DNA from: a virus
Length of the DNA stretch: 64,000 nt
Strand: one strand, 5' to 3'
Virus record (IMG/VR): IMGVR_UViG_3300002460_000024
Span: 1-64,000 of that record
This document shows, piece by piece, positions 62,733 to 64,000 of the stretch. The stretch's first letter is position 1, and every line of letters begins with the position of its first letter. Made by a program: the position numbers and the translations under genes. The notes beneath the pieces were generated by a model. The model was not told the origin of the DNA and made no database searches. It was given only the letters and a program-made list of their open reading frames with translations.

Positions 62733-64000
62733 TTATGATCCTTGAACCTGAATAAACCTCTGTGCTCCCCACCACTCGTAACCTACGTTGGCTTGCATGT
62801 TTACTTCATATTGATCCAAATTGGTAATGGCTTGGTTTCTAATCCAAGTATTGTAGGCTCTATTGATGCCTCCCAATGCCTTGTATCTCAAGATAACCGA
62901 ATCTTTAGGAACCTTGTTTGATGGATCTGCTGTTGTTGCCAACGGAACCATAAACCCTAAGTTCGGAGTATCATAACCAGTACCACCCATATTGTTTGGA
63001 TCGGTAAATCCAGGCTCTCTCATTGAGATATACTTGTAATTACCAATATTCAAACCTATGAATGAGAAGTTATACTTCTTACCTTCTGCTGCCATAGCGT
63101 CGCCGTACACATAAGGTAGAGCGGTATCTTTGTCATAACGAATAGCTGTATTGTAGCTATTTGTAGTCATCAATTGCTCAAACTCTGTGTATTGTTTACG
63201 CCCTTGTAGCCAAAGGATAGCTCTGTTTGGATTAACATAATTCGAATCCAAAGAGTCTCCAGACTGATCAAATATTCCAATTGTTGCTGATCCAGCAGTA
63301 TAAGGAATTGGTGTACCATAAAGGGTTGTAGTTCTTTTTAACCCGATAGCGGCACGTATTGTTCCATATCCTGTAGCTAAACCAGTTTCCGTAACGGCTG
63401 TGTTACTGTTTGGTTCTGCCCAGTAATACAGATTATTATGCTGCATCATCATACGAAACTCCATTTCTTTACAGTCCCTAACAACGTATGTGTTACCAAG
63501 TCCTGCTGGCATTTCTACATTCAGTTTAGAATATAATTCTCCTAAACTGTCAGCCCTAACATCCACAGATGCTTCGTTTGTAGCCGCTGTTCCGGTAAAG
63601 TTCAAACCTGCTTTTAAGATTTGAAGGTTAAAATCTCTACGAATAATAGGCACAACGAAACCTCCAGGCTGTCCACCACCTTCACCACCTGCGTAAGCTC
63701 CAATAGCTAACAAAATTCCACCTGCAATTGAGATGGTAAGTGAAATATCTAATGGACGAAGTGTGATTGATGGGGTAACGGCACTATTGGTAACGGTAAC
63801 AACTTCATAAACCCTATTGTTGTTATTTGGGTCGATGATTGTTGAGTACTGTACAATTGGCAATGTTCCGGTTAATGAAGAGTTGTTTGATGTGTCAAGA
63901 TTTACTGTTACTGGTAAACCGGCACCAGCCGCAGTATATGGACCACCAGCCGCAGTCAAAAGATTTTGATTGATCGGCTGATCTTCGAAGTGATAAAACG
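62733..64000 (-). CDS. Major capsid protein (5' end outside the window)
   Basis: Frame stays open to the window end (FYHFED...); GEGGGQP, LQILK..FTG; strong terminator; heads the structural module. Confidence 0.75.
   Translation of the reverse strand, partial: FYHFEDQPINQNLLTAAGGPYTAAGAGLPVTVNLDTSNNSSLTGTLPIVQYSTIIDPNNNNRVYEVVTVTNSAVTPSITLRPLDISLTISIAGGILLAIGAYAGGEGGGQPGGFVVPIIRRDFNLQILKAGLNFTGTAATNEASVDVRADSLGELYSKLNVEMPAGLGNTYVVRDCKEMEFRMMMQHNNLYYWAEPNSNTAVTETGLATGYGTIRAAIGLKRTTTLYGTPIPYTAGSATIGIFDQSGDSLDSNYVNPNRAILWLQGRKQYTEFEQLMTTNSYNTAIRYDKDTALPYVYGDAMAAEGKKYNFSFIGLNIGNYKYISMREPGFTDPNNMGGTGYDTPNLGFMVPLATTADPSNKVPKDSVILRYKALGGINRAYNTWIRNQAITNLDQYEVNMQANVGYEWWGAQRFIQVQGS

Noticed and set aside
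62623-62775. N-terminal extension of ORF 61480-62775 (likewise 8836-8973)
   Set aside because: The extensions overlap terminators and promoter boxes; downstream ATGs are more plausible.
17800-64000. Stop-codon reassignment as in some crAss-like phages
   Set aside because: Long intact ORFs tile the region under the standard code, and TAG and TGA end genes at sensible places.
1-64000. tRNA or rRNA genes
   Set aside because: No cloverleaf with a T-loop consensus or rRNA-like segment was recognised by eye; tRNAscan-SE would be decisive.

Overview
This is a 64-kb segment of a Bacteroidota dsDNA phage genome. The host assignment rests on TAnnTTTG promoter boxes. The virion module is crAss-like/podovirus-type: partial major capsid gene, ring and tail-stabilisation genes, and large cargo/ejection proteins. 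The window also carries lysis genes, an ERF/SSB/YqaJ recombination module, GroEL with two GroES-like genes, and a glycosyl-/methyltransferase cluster. The main find is at 9995-17436: an integron-like array of eight gene cassettes delimited by attC-like hairpins, ending at an attI-like junction next to a truncated tyrosine recombinase. It is non-canonical in several ways. All ORFs point towards the integrase, each hairpin travels with its downstream gene, identical non-coding frames carry different cargo genes, and four cassettes contain an internal 24-25 nt reverse complement of their own predicted circle junction. Other finds are a dispersed GGYGACGnnATTAAT motif (about 50 copies by eye, absent from the array), three promoter-leader attenuators, a two-copy ncRNA candidate, and a 64-bp repeat that truncates the integrase. 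All product calls come from motif recognition by eye; no database search was run.
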